A stretch of DNA of 37,605 bases from Alkalispirochaeta sp. (GTDB lineage: Bacteria > Spirochaetota > Spirochaetia > DSM-27196 > Alkalispirochaetaceae): positions 1-37,605 of the forward strand of contig CBDESZ010000002.1 in the NCBI GenBank assembly GCA_965242725.1, read 5' to 3'. A model generated the notes under the pieces. It was given only the letters and a program-made list of their open reading frames with translations, ran no database searches and had not been told where the DNA came from. Each line of letters starts with the position of its first letter. Positions within the stretch are counted from its first letter, which is position 1. Both the position numbers and the translations under genes were made by a program. Positions 25,996 through 35,498 of the stretch are shown here, piece by piece.

Positions 25996-26046
25996 ATTTT
26001 CCGGCCACCACCTGAGGTTGTCAAGAAAAAGAAAGGGCTACAAAAT
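25996..26046. promoter_or_regulatory. Back-to-back sigma70 promoters sharing the -35 region
   Basis: Minus: TTGACA(26024-26019)-17-GAAAAT. Plus: TTGTCA(26018-26023)-17-CAAAAT-6 nt-ATG(26053). Confidence 0.55.
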
Positions 26047-26052
26047 ATCTCA

Positions 26053-27186
26053 ATGATGCAGACAAAGTCTCACAACGTGCTTCCCCCCGCAATCGCGTTG
26101 CTTACGGCGATGATCCTTCTGATGGCCTCACAAACTCCCGGGATCGGTGCAACGGGTATTGCCGAGGTTCCCGGCTCGACGGAGGTACCGACGAGGATCG
26201 TAACAGATGGGCTTGACCGGACGGTGGCCGTACCGGCAGATGCGCGACGCATCGTCACGGCAGGCAGGGCGGTACTGATGACCGCCGACGTACTCTACGC
26301 CTTTCCCGGCGTCCCGGAACGAATCGTCGGTATCGGACGGATAAGCCAGGGAGCGGGAAGTTTTCCGGAAGCGCTGGACGATGAGTATGGAGACAAGGTC
26401 GTCTTTGAACGGAATGTCGGCCCCGAACAGGTGGCCGCCGTCGCTCCGGACCTGGTCATTCTCAAGTCGGGCATGCGGGAGAACCTGGGGCGTCCGCTTG
26501 AACAACTGAACATTCCCGTTATGTACGTCGACCTTGAAACGCCCGACCAGTATGAGCGGGATATCATGCTCATCGGTGCCGCCCTCGGCAGAACGGAACG
26601 GGCGAAAGAACTTGTCGAGTTCTACCGGAGCCGACGCAGCGCCGTGACCGACATTACCGGCGATGTGGCCGCCGGAGATAAGCCGTCGGTGCTGCTCCTC
26701 TACTATCGCGCAACCGGCGGCGACGTGGCGTTTCAGGTACCGCCGGAAGGCTGGATCCAGACGCAGCTTGTAACGGAAGCGGGAGGTACCCCCGTCTGGA
26801 CCGCATCCGTCGGCGGCGGGGGCTGGCAGACAATAGGATTTGAACAGATAGCCGCCTGGGATCCCGATACCCTCATCATCATCTCCTACAACGATGATCC
26901 GGGAGAAATCCGAAATCGTCTGATGGGCGAGGGACGCTGGCGCCGACTCAAAGCCGTTGAAAGCGGAAGGTTCTACGCCTTTCCCGGAGATTATTACAGC
27001 TGGGATCAGCCGGACACGCGCTGGATTCTCGGGCTGGAATGGCTGGCGACGCGCATTCATCCGGAACGCTTTGCCTCGCTTGACATCGACGTAACGGCGC
27101 GCTCGTTTTTCCGCGAAATATACGGCCTCAACAATGAAGCGTACGACCGGATCATCGTGCCCGTACTGACCGGCGACCTCCCCTGA
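26053..27186 (+). CDS. Type II ABC transporter substrate-binding protein (FecB/BtuF fold)
   Basis: Signal peptide, VTDGLDRTVAVP..ARRIV, NVGPEQVAAVAPDLVI, EQIAAWDPD and LKAVESGR. Confidence 0.88.
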   Translation: MMQTKSHNVLPPAIALLTAMILLMASQTPGIGATGIAEVPGSTEVPTRIVTDGLDRTVAVPADARRIVTAGRAVLMTADVLYAFPGVPERIVGIGRISQGAGSFPEALDDEYGDKVVFERNVGPEQVAAVAPDLVILKSGMRENLGRPLEQLNIPVMYVDLETPDQYERDIMLIGAALGRTERAKELVEFYRSRRSAVTDITGDVAAGDKPSVLLLYYRATGGDVAFQVPPEGWIQTQLVTEAGGTPVWTASVGGGGWQTIGFEQIAAWDPDTLIIISYNDDPGEIRNRLMGEGRWRRLKAVESGRFYAFPGDYYSWDQPDTRWILGLEWLATRIHPERFASLDIDVTARSFFREIYGLNNEAYDRIIVPVLTGDLP

Positions 27187-27194
27187 CAACCGCC

Positions 27195-28223
27195 GTGAAA
27201 CCTGTACAATCGGGATCGCCACCGAGAAAACGACCGCCGACGGAACGGCGCCGCCTGATGGTGTTGACCGCAATGACGGCGGTCATCGTCGTACTTGCGG
27301 TGTATATCGGTCGGTACCCGCGACCCGGTATTGTCTGGCCGGGGTCCTTTCTGGATGATCCCCTGGGGATGCAGCTCCTCCTTGAACTGCGGTTGCCCAG
27401 AGTCATCGCGGGAGTGCTCCTTGGTGCGGGGCTCGGCGGCGCCGGCGCGGTCATGCAAATGCTCTTTGCCAACCCCCTGGTGGAACCGGGGCTCATCGGC
27501 GTCTCCCAGGGCGCCGGATTCGGCGCAATTCTGGCAATCGTCGCCGGCGCCGGCGCCGCCTGGCAAGTCCAGCTCAGCGCCGCCTTCTTTGCCCTTGCCG
27601 GTCTTGCCGTCGCATATCACGTGGCGCGACGCATCAGGTTCGGCGGCTGGATTTTGCGCCTGGTTCTCTCAGGCATTGCCGTTTCGGCCCTCTTCGCGGC
27701 GGGAATCGGCGTCCTGAAATACGTCGCAGATCCGCTGAACCAGCTTCCGGAAATCACCTTCTGGCTCCTTGGCGGCATATGGAACTCAAACTGGCCCGCC
27801 CTTCTGCGCATGGCCCCCCCGGTCTGCCTCGGTATCGCCGCCGTCTACGCCGGGCGACGGAGACTGGATCTTCTCACCCTCAATGACCGCGTCTCCTTTT
27901 CACTCGGTGCACATCCCGACCGGGAACGCCTCTTTTTCCTCCTCGCAGCCACCATCCCCGTGGCGGCGCTCGTCGCGTACGCCGGAATCATTTCGTGGGT
28001 GGGTCTGCTGGTCCCCCACGGCGCGAGGCGGATATTTCGTGCCGACGCGATTATTTCGATACCCGCCTCCATGGTGCTGGGAGCCGCCTTTGTGGTCGTC
28101 GCCGACACCGTCGCTCGGACGGTCACTGCCGGCGAAATACCGCTGGGTATCGTCACCGCCCTCGTTGGTGCCCTGAGTTTTATCGCCCTCCTCATGACCC
28201 ATGGGATCGGGATGACACGATGA
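27195..28223 (+). CDS. FecCD/BtuC-family ABC permease
   Basis: LRLPR, NPLVEPGLIGVSQGA, WLLGG, WVGLLVPH and GEIPLGIVT. Confidence 0.93.
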   Translation: MKPVQSGSPPRKRPPTERRRLMVLTAMTAVIVVLAVYIGRYPRPGIVWPGSFLDDPLGMQLLLELRLPRVIAGVLLGAGLGGAGAVMQMLFANPLVEPGLIGVSQGAGFGAILAIVAGAGAAWQVQLSAAFFALAGLAVAYHVARRIRFGGWILRLVLSGIAVSALFAAGIGVLKYVADPLNQLPEITFWLLGGIWNSNWPALLRMAPPVCLGIAAVYAGRRRLDLLTLNDRVSFSLGAHPDRERLFFLLAATIPVAALVAYAGIISWVGLLVPHGARRIFRADAIISIPASMVLGAAFVVVADTVARTVTAGEIPLGIVTALVGALSFIALLMTHGIGMTR

Positions 28224-28987
28224 CGCCGGCGGTGGACGTACTGAAGGTGACGTGCTCCTACGACGGGGGACCGGCGGTTCTTTCCGGTTTCTCCGTTGCC
28301 GTAAAGGAGCGCTCCGTGACGGCGATTCTCGGTCCCAACGGTGTGGGCAAGACGACACTCCTCAATACGATTCTCGGGTGGATGGTTCCGGAATCCGGTA
28401 CGGTCCGAATTTTCGGGCGTCAGTTGCGTGAAATGAGCCGAAGCGAAGCGGGACGTACGGTCTCCATCGTCCCCCAGGACGAACACGTTGCCTTCGAGTA
28501 CTCCCTCCTCGACTATGTCATGCTCGGCCGGAGCCCTCATATGGGACCCCTCGCTCTCCCGACGGAACGGGACGCGATGATCGCGGGGAACGCCCTGCAC
28601 CAGGTTGGTCTCTACCATCGCCGGAACGATCCCGTGACGGAAATAAGCGGCGGAGAAAAGCAGCTTGTCCTGCTCGCCCGGTCCCTCTGCCAGGAGCCGA
28701 AGCTTCTCCTGCTGGACGAGGCGTCGGCCCATCTGGATCTGGGAAACAAACGGCGACTGGCCGATCTCATCACCGCATTGAAACGAGACGGCGTCACCAT
28801 TCTCTTCACCACCCACGATCCCGATTTTGCATCGATGATCTCCGACGAAATTATCCTCCTCTCCGATGCCGGACTCCTCGCCCAGGGCACGCCGAGGGAG
28901 GTGATGACCCCGTCGTACCTTTCAACGGCGTACCGACTTCCCCTCTCGGTCCGGTGGCTCGAAGGGAGGCCCCATATTCTGTGGTAG
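28220..28987 (+). CDS. ABC transporter ATP-binding protein (FecE/BtuD-like)
   Basis: GPNGVGKT, ISGGEKQ, LLLDE and TTHD. ATGA overlap with the permease. Confidence 0.94.
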   Translation: MTPAVDVLKVTCSYDGGPAVLSGFSVAVKERSVTAILGPNGVGKTTLLNTILGWMVPESGTVRIFGRQLREMSRSEAGRTVSIVPQDEHVAFEYSLLDYVMLGRSPHMGPLALPTERDAMIAGNALHQVGLYHRRNDPVTEISGGEKQLVLLARSLCQEPKLLLLDEASAHLDLGNKRRLADLITALKRDGVTILFTTHDPDFASMISDEIILLSDAGLLAQGTPREVMTPSYLSTAYRLPLSVRWLEGRPHILW

Positions 28988-29090
28988 CCCTTCCGGGGGA
29001 GGCGCGCCGTCGGACGGTCATTTTCGACGGCCGTGTTACACCGGCGTAATTCCGGTGGCGCCCCAGGTGGGGCAATGCTACAATGGCCCG

Positions 29091-30059
29091 ATGACAAAGC
29101 ACCCGATAGACAGCGACAATCTCGCGGTCGTAGCCCTCGGCGGAAATTCGATACTTGCAAAAGGGCAGCGCGGTACCGCGGCGGAACAGTTTGCCAATGT
29201 GCGACGCACCGTTGCACCGGTCGTTCAGCTCCTGAAAAAGGGTTTCAATTTCATTATCACCCACGGCAATGGACCCCAGGTCGGTAATCTGCTCCTGCAG
29301 AACGAACTGGCCAAGGATGAAGTGCCGGAAATCCCCCTCGGAATGCTTGATGCAATGACATGCGGTTCCATGGGATACATGATCGAGCAGTGTCTCCAGA
29401 ATGAAATGATTTCCCAGGGCATCTGGCGCAACGTCGTAACCGTCCCCGCCCAGATTATCGTGGACCGAAACGATCCGGCCATGGAAAATCCGACAAAACC
29501 GATCGGTCCCTTTTACACGGAAGAACAGGCTCGGAAACTGATCGCCGAAAAGGGATGGCTCCTCAAGGAGGATGCCGGCCGCGGGTGGCGGCGGTTTGTT
29601 GCGTCACCCTACCCCATCGACATCGTGGAAAAGGAAGCGATACGCAATCTGCTCCGTGAACGATACGTCCTGATCACCGGCGGCGGCGGCGGCATTCCCG
29701 TCTGCCATACTCCGGAAGGAAAGATCGACGGCGTTGACTGCGTCATAGACAAGGATCTGGCGAGCATGAAGCTGGCGATCGCCGTTGGCGCCCGGACGCT
29801 GGTCATCATTACCGGTGTGCCCAAGGTGACGCTGAAATTCGGGACTCCCCAGGAACAACCTCTTGAACGAATCACCCTTGCCCAGGCGCGCCATTACTAT
29901 CACTCCGGCGAGTTTCCTCCCGGTTCGATGGGTCCAAAGATGATGGCGGCGATAGAATTTGTTCAGGCAGATCCGGCCAACAAGGTGATCATTACCGACG
30001 AGGAAAATCTACTGGAATCAATTGAAGGCCGGGAAGGGACCCACATCGTCGCGTACTGA
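29091..30059 (+). CDS. arcC: Carbamate kinase
   Basis: ALGGNS, HGNGPQVG, PTKPIGPFY, RRFVASP, VIDKD and GSMGPK. Preceded by TGcTACAAT-6 nt. Confidence 0.95.
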   Translation: MTKHPIDSDNLAVVALGGNSILAKGQRGTAAEQFANVRRTVAPVVQLLKKGFNFIITHGNGPQVGNLLLQNELAKDEVPEIPLGMLDAMTCGSMGYMIEQCLQNEMISQGIWRNVVTVPAQIIVDRNDPAMENPTKPIGPFYTEEQARKLIAEKGWLLKEDAGRGWRRFVASPYPIDIVEKEAIRNLLRERYVLITGGGGGIPVCHTPEGKIDGVDCVIDKDLASMKLAIAVGARTLVIITGVPKVTLKFGTPQEQPLERITLAQARHYYHSGEFPPGSMGPKMMAAIEFVQADPANKVIITDEENLLESIEGREGTHIVAY

Positions 30060-30080
30060 CGATCGCCAACCGACGACCGC

Positions 30081-30542
30081 CTATTGATCGTCCCCTGAAA
30101 GCGACCGGTCGATCGATTCGTAACCGGTGCACCGGCAGATGTTGGATTGGAGCCAGTCGATCCGGGTCTCCCGATCCGCATCGGGCCGGATACGCAACAG
30201 CGCATCCGCATTGGTTATGAACCCGGGGGTGCAATACCCGCACTGGAAACCCTGATGTTCCGCAAAGGCGTGCCGGACGGGACTCTCCGACAACCCCTCG
30301 ATCGTCGTAATTGCCCTGTCCGAAACGTCGACGGTAAGGGTATAACACGATTTGACCGGTATGCCGTCAACCTGCACGGTACAGGCGCCACAGTCTCCGT
30401 TTTCACAGCCCAGTTTTGTGCCCGTCAAACCCATCGTATGTCGCAGCGTATGGAGGAGGGTATCGGCGGGGTTGATCCATATCTTCCGGGCCTCCCCGTT
30501 CACCTCCAGAACCAGTTCCGTCATTGAATTCCATGTTTTCAT
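30081..30542 (-). CDS. Molybdo-hydroxylase small [2Fe-2S] subunit, copy 2
   Basis: GCENGDCGAC...SC, QCGYCTPG and CRCTGY. Confidence 0.94.
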   Translation of the reverse strand: MKTWNSMTELVLEVNGEARKIWINPADTLLHTLRHTMGLTGTKLGCENGDCGACTVQVDGIPVKSCYTLTVDVSDRAITTIEGLSESPVRHAFAEHQGFQCGYCTPGFITNADALLRIRPDADRETRIDWLQSNICRCTGYESIDRSLSGDDQ

Positions 30543-31501
30543 TTCTGCACCACCGTTTCGCCGAGACGTTTCACGCCGGCGACGATACTCTGCACGGTCA
30601 TCTCCCTGCGGTAGGACGCGCCGCCTCGCATATCGTCCTTGTATTTCAGCCCCTCCGCATCAAGAACCTCTTCGGCAAGGCTGCGCAGATCGTTACCGCC
30701 CGCCGGGATTCCGCCCTTCGTTCCAGGCCCACCGCCGAGAGCGCTGTTCAGCACCTCTTCCGCCTTGTACGCCCGAAGGGGATATCCAAAGGTACCGGTG
30801 AGGGCGAGACGGTAGACACCATCCACCTGCGCCATGAGAAGCGTGACCAGGGGATAGTCCACCCGGGGTTCCTTTGTCCTTCGCGCGTAAAACCATCCCC
30901 CCCGCGGCCCCGAAGCCCACGCTTCCAGGGGGCCCCAGCTCCTGCCTGACCGGGTCACACCCTTTTCTTCAAGGCCGCGGACAACGTCCCGGTCCAGATC
31001 GAATGAGACAATAAGCTCGCCTCCCCGCAGATTCATCTTCTTTGCAAACTTTTTCGTCACCTCTTCACGGGTACCGCTGCCGTCGGGACCGACCGTATTC
31101 ACATGTCCGTCCAGGAGAAGAAAGGGCAGGACAGCCTCCCGATAGGGAAGCATGCCGCACATGTTTCCGCCGAGGGTGATGGAGTTCCGTACCGTCCGGT
31201 CGGCAATCCCTGCGCAGCAAAGTCCGAGGAGGCGGCAATCGCCGGCGTCTGCAATTTCATTCAGACGAAGGGCGCTCCCCCATGCGGCATTTCCACCGTC
31301 TGGCCGGCGTCTCGCTTCGGGAATATGCTTATAGTCGATAAACATATCTGCCCGGAACTTGTGTTCCCGGGAGAGTGTCACGATTTCCGTACCTCCGCCG
31401 TAGTAGACTGCCCGGGAACCGGAATCGTCGGCATCCTTCCAGGCGTGGACCGCTTCATCCGCCGTCTCGGCGCGAAGGTAACGTACAGAATAGGGTATCA
31501 T
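30539..31501 (-). CDS. Molybdo-hydroxylase FAD-binding subunit, copy 2
   Basis: YGGGTEI, ADRTVRNSITLGGN and DDMRGGASYR. Confidence 0.9.
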   Translation of the reverse strand: MIPYSVRYLRAETADEAVHAWKDADDSGSRAVYYGGGTEIVTLSREHKFRADMFIDYKHIPEARRRPDGGNAAWGSALRLNEIADAGDCRLLGLCCAGIADRTVRNSITLGGNMCGMLPYREAVLPFLLLDGHVNTVGPDGSGTREEVTKKFAKKMNLRGGELIVSFDLDRDVVRGLEEKGVTRSGRSWGPLEAWASGPRGGWFYARRTKEPRVDYPLVTLLMAQVDGVYRLALTGTFGYPLRAYKAEEVLNSALGGGPGTKGGIPAGGNDLRSLAEEVLDAEGLKYKDDMRGGASYRREMTVQSIVAGVKRLGETVVQK

Positions 31502-33867
31502 TATGCATCCTCCCCACGGAGAATCGACCAGAGATATTCCGGAGTAATGGGAAGCCTGTTGATTTGCCGTCCCACCGCCCGGGACGCGGCGGAGGAGATC
31601 GCCCCGGGCATTCCGATAATCCCCTGTTCACCAAGTCCACGCGCGCCGAACGGCCCGTCACCCTGGGGAGTCTCCACAAAGTCGACGATGTATTCGGGTT
31701 GTTCACCGTACCGTATCAGCTTGTAGTCCCGCAGCTTCCCGTTAAGGACACGCTCCCGCGAGTCAAAGAGAAACCCCTCCCGGGTGGTATACCCGACGCC
31801 CATCGCCATGGCGCCGACGACCTGACCGCGGGCCAGATCGGGATTGATGACGCGCCCCACATCCATGGAGCACACACCCCGGACGACACGAAACGTACCG
31901 TCCCGTCGATCCAGCTCGATTTCCACGCCCATGGCACCGAGGGTCCACTCCAGACCGGGACGCCCCTTTCCCGTCTCCGCATCGATGTTGCTCAGGTGAC
32001 GGGCTATGTATTTACCCCGTCCGATGATCGGGCCGCCGATTGCGTTTCCGTTGGGATAGACGTATCCAAGGACCACCTCCGCGAGGGAGAACCCCTGTTC
32101 CGGATCATCCCGGATATAGACACGCTCCCCTGAAACCTCGAGGTCTTCCTCGGGCGCCCGCAGCGGTGCGGAGGCGACGCGTTTGATCTGGGCCACCGCG
32201 TCGTCGACTGCGGCAATCGCCGCCCTGCCGACCATGAAGAGCGTACGGCTTGCAGCGCTCGTCCAGTCGTGGGTGGAGCGGTCGGTCATGACCTCCCGGA
32301 CGACGTGTACCCGGGCGGGATCCATTCCCAGCCGCTCCGCCACGATCTGGGCGACCCCTGTGTGAATGCCCTGGCCCATTTCAATGGCGCCGGTGACGAC
32401 GTTGACCGAACCGTCTTCATTGAAGGATACGATCGCTCCCGCATCGGTAAAGGTGGGAATCGCCGGAGCCTTCCAGTAGCAGGAAAATCCTCTGGCCCGT
32501 ACTCTGTGCTCGTCCAGAGCGACCACATTGGGATCGGCGCCGTCGGCCGGGTCGGAACCCTCGTCCCACCCGATGTGACGGGCAACACGGTCTATGCACT
32601 CCCGCAGATTACCGGTATTCCCGTCGAGCACATCCTGCGCCGGTGTCCTGTCACCGGCCTGTATGGCGTTCTTCCGTCTGAGCGTCACCGGATCGATGCC
32701 GATCTTCTCGGCGAGGATGTCCATGGACCGTTCCACGGCATAACTCATTTCGATATGGCCGAAACCGCGATAAGCCGTGGCAAAGGGATGGTTGGTATAG
32801 ACGCAATAGCTGTCAGTTTTGACGTTCGGAATATTGTAGGGCCCGGTGGAAGCGTATCCCGCCGCCCTGCTGACGTTCACGGCGTAGTCGGCGTACCCGC
32901 CTGAGTCGAAGAGAAATTCGATCTCCGCGGCGACGAGGGTGCCGTCGCTCTTCGCCCCGAGACGGACCGTCGCCTCAAGGCCCGGTCCGCCGGGAGACGC
33001 GACCATATCCTGCTCGCGGCTGTTGGCGACACGCACAGGCCGTCCCCCCAGTGCACGAGAGAGGAGATACGCCAGCGGCTCCAGCTGAATCCCCGCCTTC
33101 CCGCCGAAACCGCCCCCTATTTCAGCAACCTGCACCACAAGCTTTCCCGGAGGAATACCGAAAACGCCGCTCATGATACTGCGCACGCCGTAGGGACTCT
33201 GGGTGGATGTACGAACGACGACCGTCCCGTCGCCCCGGATTTCCGCGACGGCGACGCGTGGTTCCATCGCCGTGTGATCCCGGGGCGGGAAACCGTAAGA
33301 TCCCTGGATGACCACGTCGGCATCCGCAAAGGCCGCTTCGGGATCGCCCTTCCGTATCCTGGTATGGTGGGCGACGTTCGACCCCGGCTCGGGCAGGATT
33401 GCGGGGATGTGAACGTACTCCGCCATCTCCGGATGGAGGATCGGCGCGTCGGGACTCATGCCGTCCCGGGGATTCTTTATGATCGGAAGTTCGTCGTAGG
33501 TTACGGTAATTGAAGCTGCCGCCTTCTGCGCGGTCCGTTCATCATCGGCAACGACGGCGACGACGGGCTCGCCGAAGTATCGGACGCGGTCAACCGCAAG
33601 GGCGGGTTTGTCACCCAGGTAGAGGCCGACGCGCTGGGGGAAGTCCTTTCCCGTAAAGACTCCCCTGACGCCCGCCATCGCTTCCGCTTCGCCGCTGTCG
33701 ATCGTCCGGATCATTCCGTGGGCGGTCTTGCTGTTCACCACCGCCGCGTACAACAGGCCCGGTACGGTAAAATCGTCGGTAAAACGCGTCTTACCCTTCG
33801 TCTTGTCCTGTGCGTCCTGCCGCGGAACGCTCATACCGAGGGACGTTCCAGTACTCCCGTGGGCCAT
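31501..33867 (-). CDS. Xanthine-oxidase-family molybdo-hydroxylase, large (Mo) subunit, copy 2
   Basis: MEP, STQ, GGGFGGK, AYRGFG, EMGQG, DVGRVINP and GARGLGE; SD AGGAGG. Confidence 0.93.
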   Translation of the reverse strand: MAHGSTGTSLGMSVPRQDAQDKTKGKTRFTDDFTVPGLLYAAVVNSKTAHGMIRTIDSGEAEAMAGVRGVFTGKDFPQRVGLYLGDKPALAVDRVRYFGEPVVAVVADDERTAQKAAASITVTYDELPIIKNPRDGMSPDAPILHPEMAEYVHIPAILPEPGSNVAHHTRIRKGDPEAAFADADVVIQGSYGFPPRDHTAMEPRVAVAEIRGDGTVVVRTSTQSPYGVRSIMSGVFGIPPGKLVVQVAEIGGGFGGKAGIQLEPLAYLLSRALGGRPVRVANSREQDMVASPGGPGLEATVRLGAKSDGTLVAAEIEFLFDSGGYADYAVNVSRAAGYASTGPYNIPNVKTDSYCVYTNHPFATAYRGFGHIEMSYAVERSMDILAEKIGIDPVTLRRKNAIQAGDRTPAQDVLDGNTGNLRECIDRVARHIGWDEGSDPADGADPNVVALDEHRVRARGFSCYWKAPAIPTFTDAGAIVSFNEDGSVNVVTGAIEMGQGIHTGVAQIVAERLGMDPARVHVVREVMTDRSTHDWTSAASRTLFMVGRAAIAAVDDAVAQIKRVASAPLRAPEEDLEVSGERVYIRDDPEQGFSLAEVVLGYVYPNGNAIGGPIIGRGKYIARHLSNIDAETGKGRPGLEWTLGAMGVEIELDRRDGTFRVVRGVCSMDVGRVINPDLARGQVVGAMAMGVGYTTREGFLFDSRERVLNGKLRDYKLIRYGEQPEYIVDFVETPQGDGPFGARGLGEQGIIGMPGAISSAASRAVGRQINRLPITPEYLWSILRGEDA

Positions 33868-33911
33868 ATCAATCCTCCTCCCTGGGAGTAAAAAGATAGT
33901 CGCAGCGACGG

Positions 33912-35021
33912 TTAACCGGCAAGGGAAAGGAGGACACCCGCCGCGACGGCGGACCCGATCACCCCGGCGACGTTGGGCCCCATCGCATTCATGAGGAGGA
34001 AATTACGGGGGTTCTCCTCCTGCCCCACCTTCTGAACGACCCGAGCCGCCATGGGAACGGCGGAAACACCTGCGGCACCGATCATCGGATTGATTTTTTT
34101 GCCTGAAAGGAGATACATCACTTTGCCGAGAAGAATGCCGCTGGCAGTTCCGATTGAAAATGCGATCAGTCCCAGGGCGATGATAAAGAGCGTATCGACG
34201 GTGAGAAACTCTCCGGCGGACATTTTGCTCCCCACGCTCACCCCGAGGAGGATGGTGACGATATTGATGAGTTCGTTCTGGGCGGTCTTTGAGAGACGTT
34301 CCACGACACCCGCTTCCCGAAAGAGATTTCCAAGCATGAGCATACCCACCAGGGGCGTTGCCGCGGGGACAAAAAGGGCGATGACGATCGTCGTCGCTAT
34401 GGGGAAAATGATTTTCACCCGCTGGGAAACGGGCTTGACGTCGCTCATTACGACGACGCGTTCATTTTTGGTCGTCAGGAGCCGTATAATCGGCGGCTGT
34501 ATCACCGGCACGAGGGCCATATAGGAATAGGCCGCCACCGCGATGGGACCGAGAAGATGGGAGGCCAGCTGGGATGTGAGGTAGATCGCCGTCGGTCCGT
34601 CGGCACCGCCGATAATGGCGATTGAGGCCGCTTCCGCAAAGGAAAAGCCGAGCGCCCGGGCGCCGAGCAGCGTCCCGAATATGCCGAACTGAGCCGCCGC
34701 TCCCAGCAGAAAGGTGTTCGGTTTTGCCAGAAGGGGTCCGAAATCGGTCATCGCGCCTACTCCCAGAAAGATCAGCGGCGGGAATATCCCCTTATCGACT
34801 CCGAAATAGAAATAATGGAGAAGACCTCCCTCGGCAGTCAGGTCGGCCAGGGGAATATTGGAGAGAATCGCACCGAAACCGATGGGAACGAGGAGAAGAG
34901 GTTCATATTTTTTGGCAATTCCCAGATAGACCAGAAGTGATCCCACGGCGATCATAAGCAATTCCTGCCACGTGACGACGGAAAAGGCGGTGGATTGCAG
35001 AATATCTATAAGCAAGTTCAT
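33912..35021 (-). CDS. mmdB: Na+-translocating decarboxylase beta subunit
   Basis: [42 protein letters not shown] and [12 protein letters not shown]. Confidence 0.95.
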   Translation of the reverse strand: MNLLIDILQSTAFSVVTWQELLMIAVGSLLVYLGIAKKYEPLLLVPIGFGAILSNIPLADLTAEGGLLHYFYFGVDKGIFPPLIFLGVGAMTDFGPLLAKPNTFLLGAAAQFGIFGTLLGARALGFSFAEAASIAIIGGADGPTAIYLTSQLASHLLGPIAVAAYSYMALVPVIQPPIIRLLTTKNERVVVMSDVKPVSQRVKIIFPIATTIVIALFVPAATPLVGMLMLGNLFREAGVVERLSKTAQNELINIVTILLGVSVGSKMSAGEFLTVDTLFIIALGLIAFSIGTASGILLGKVMYLLSGKKINPMIGAAGVSAVPMAARVVQKVGQEENPRNFLLMNAMGPNVAGVIGSAVAAGVLLSLAG

Positions 35022-35030
35022 GACGACGTC

Positions 35031-35498
35031 CTAAGCGATCGTCACGAGGGGCTGCCCCTCTTTGACGCTCTCGCCGGCCTTGACGGAAACGGAAACGACG
35101 GATCCCGAGACGGGTGCCATCACGTCGATATACATTTTCATCGCCTCCAGAATGATGACCTTGTCGCCCTCATTCACCGACGCCCCCTCCGTCACCAGCA
35201 CCTGATCGATCACCCCGGTCATAGGCGAAAGAACCGCACCCTCACCGGCGGACACGCCGGCTCCCGACGCGGGCTGCGACGGAGAAGGCCGCCTGGGCGG
35301 TGTCGATCTGGAGGTCGCCGCCACCTGGACGGAACCGGTCGGCTGTCGTGATGCGGCCTGAATGCCCACAATAGACTCCGAGAGGATACGGACCGAGTAT
35401 TCTTTCCCCTCCCGTTCAACAATAATATTGTCACCTTTCCGATCGGCGGTAACGGTGACTTCATGTCCATCTATGTTCAATGTCAATTCACGTTTCAT
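35031..35498 (-). CDS. mmdC: Biotin carboxyl carrier subunit of the decarboxylase
   Basis: SPMTG, EAMKM biotinylation motif and an Ala/Pro/Ser linker. ATGA overlap with the upstream gene. Confidence 0.92.
   Translation of the reverse strand: MKRELTLNIDGHEVTVTADRKGDNIIVEREGKEYSVRILSESIVGIQAASRQPTGSVQVAATSRSTPPRRPSPSQPASGAGVSAGEGAVLSPMTGVIDQVLVTEGASVNEGDKVIILEAMKMYIDVMAPVSGSVVSVSVKAGESVKEGQPLVTIA

Noticed and set aside
22064..33867. Calling the Mo enzymes aerobic CO dehydrogenase, xanthine dehydrogenase or 4-hydroxybenzoyl-CoA reductase
   Set aside because: Diagnostic motifs are absent (AYxCSFR, GGKE, FAD-subunit 4Fe-4S insert).
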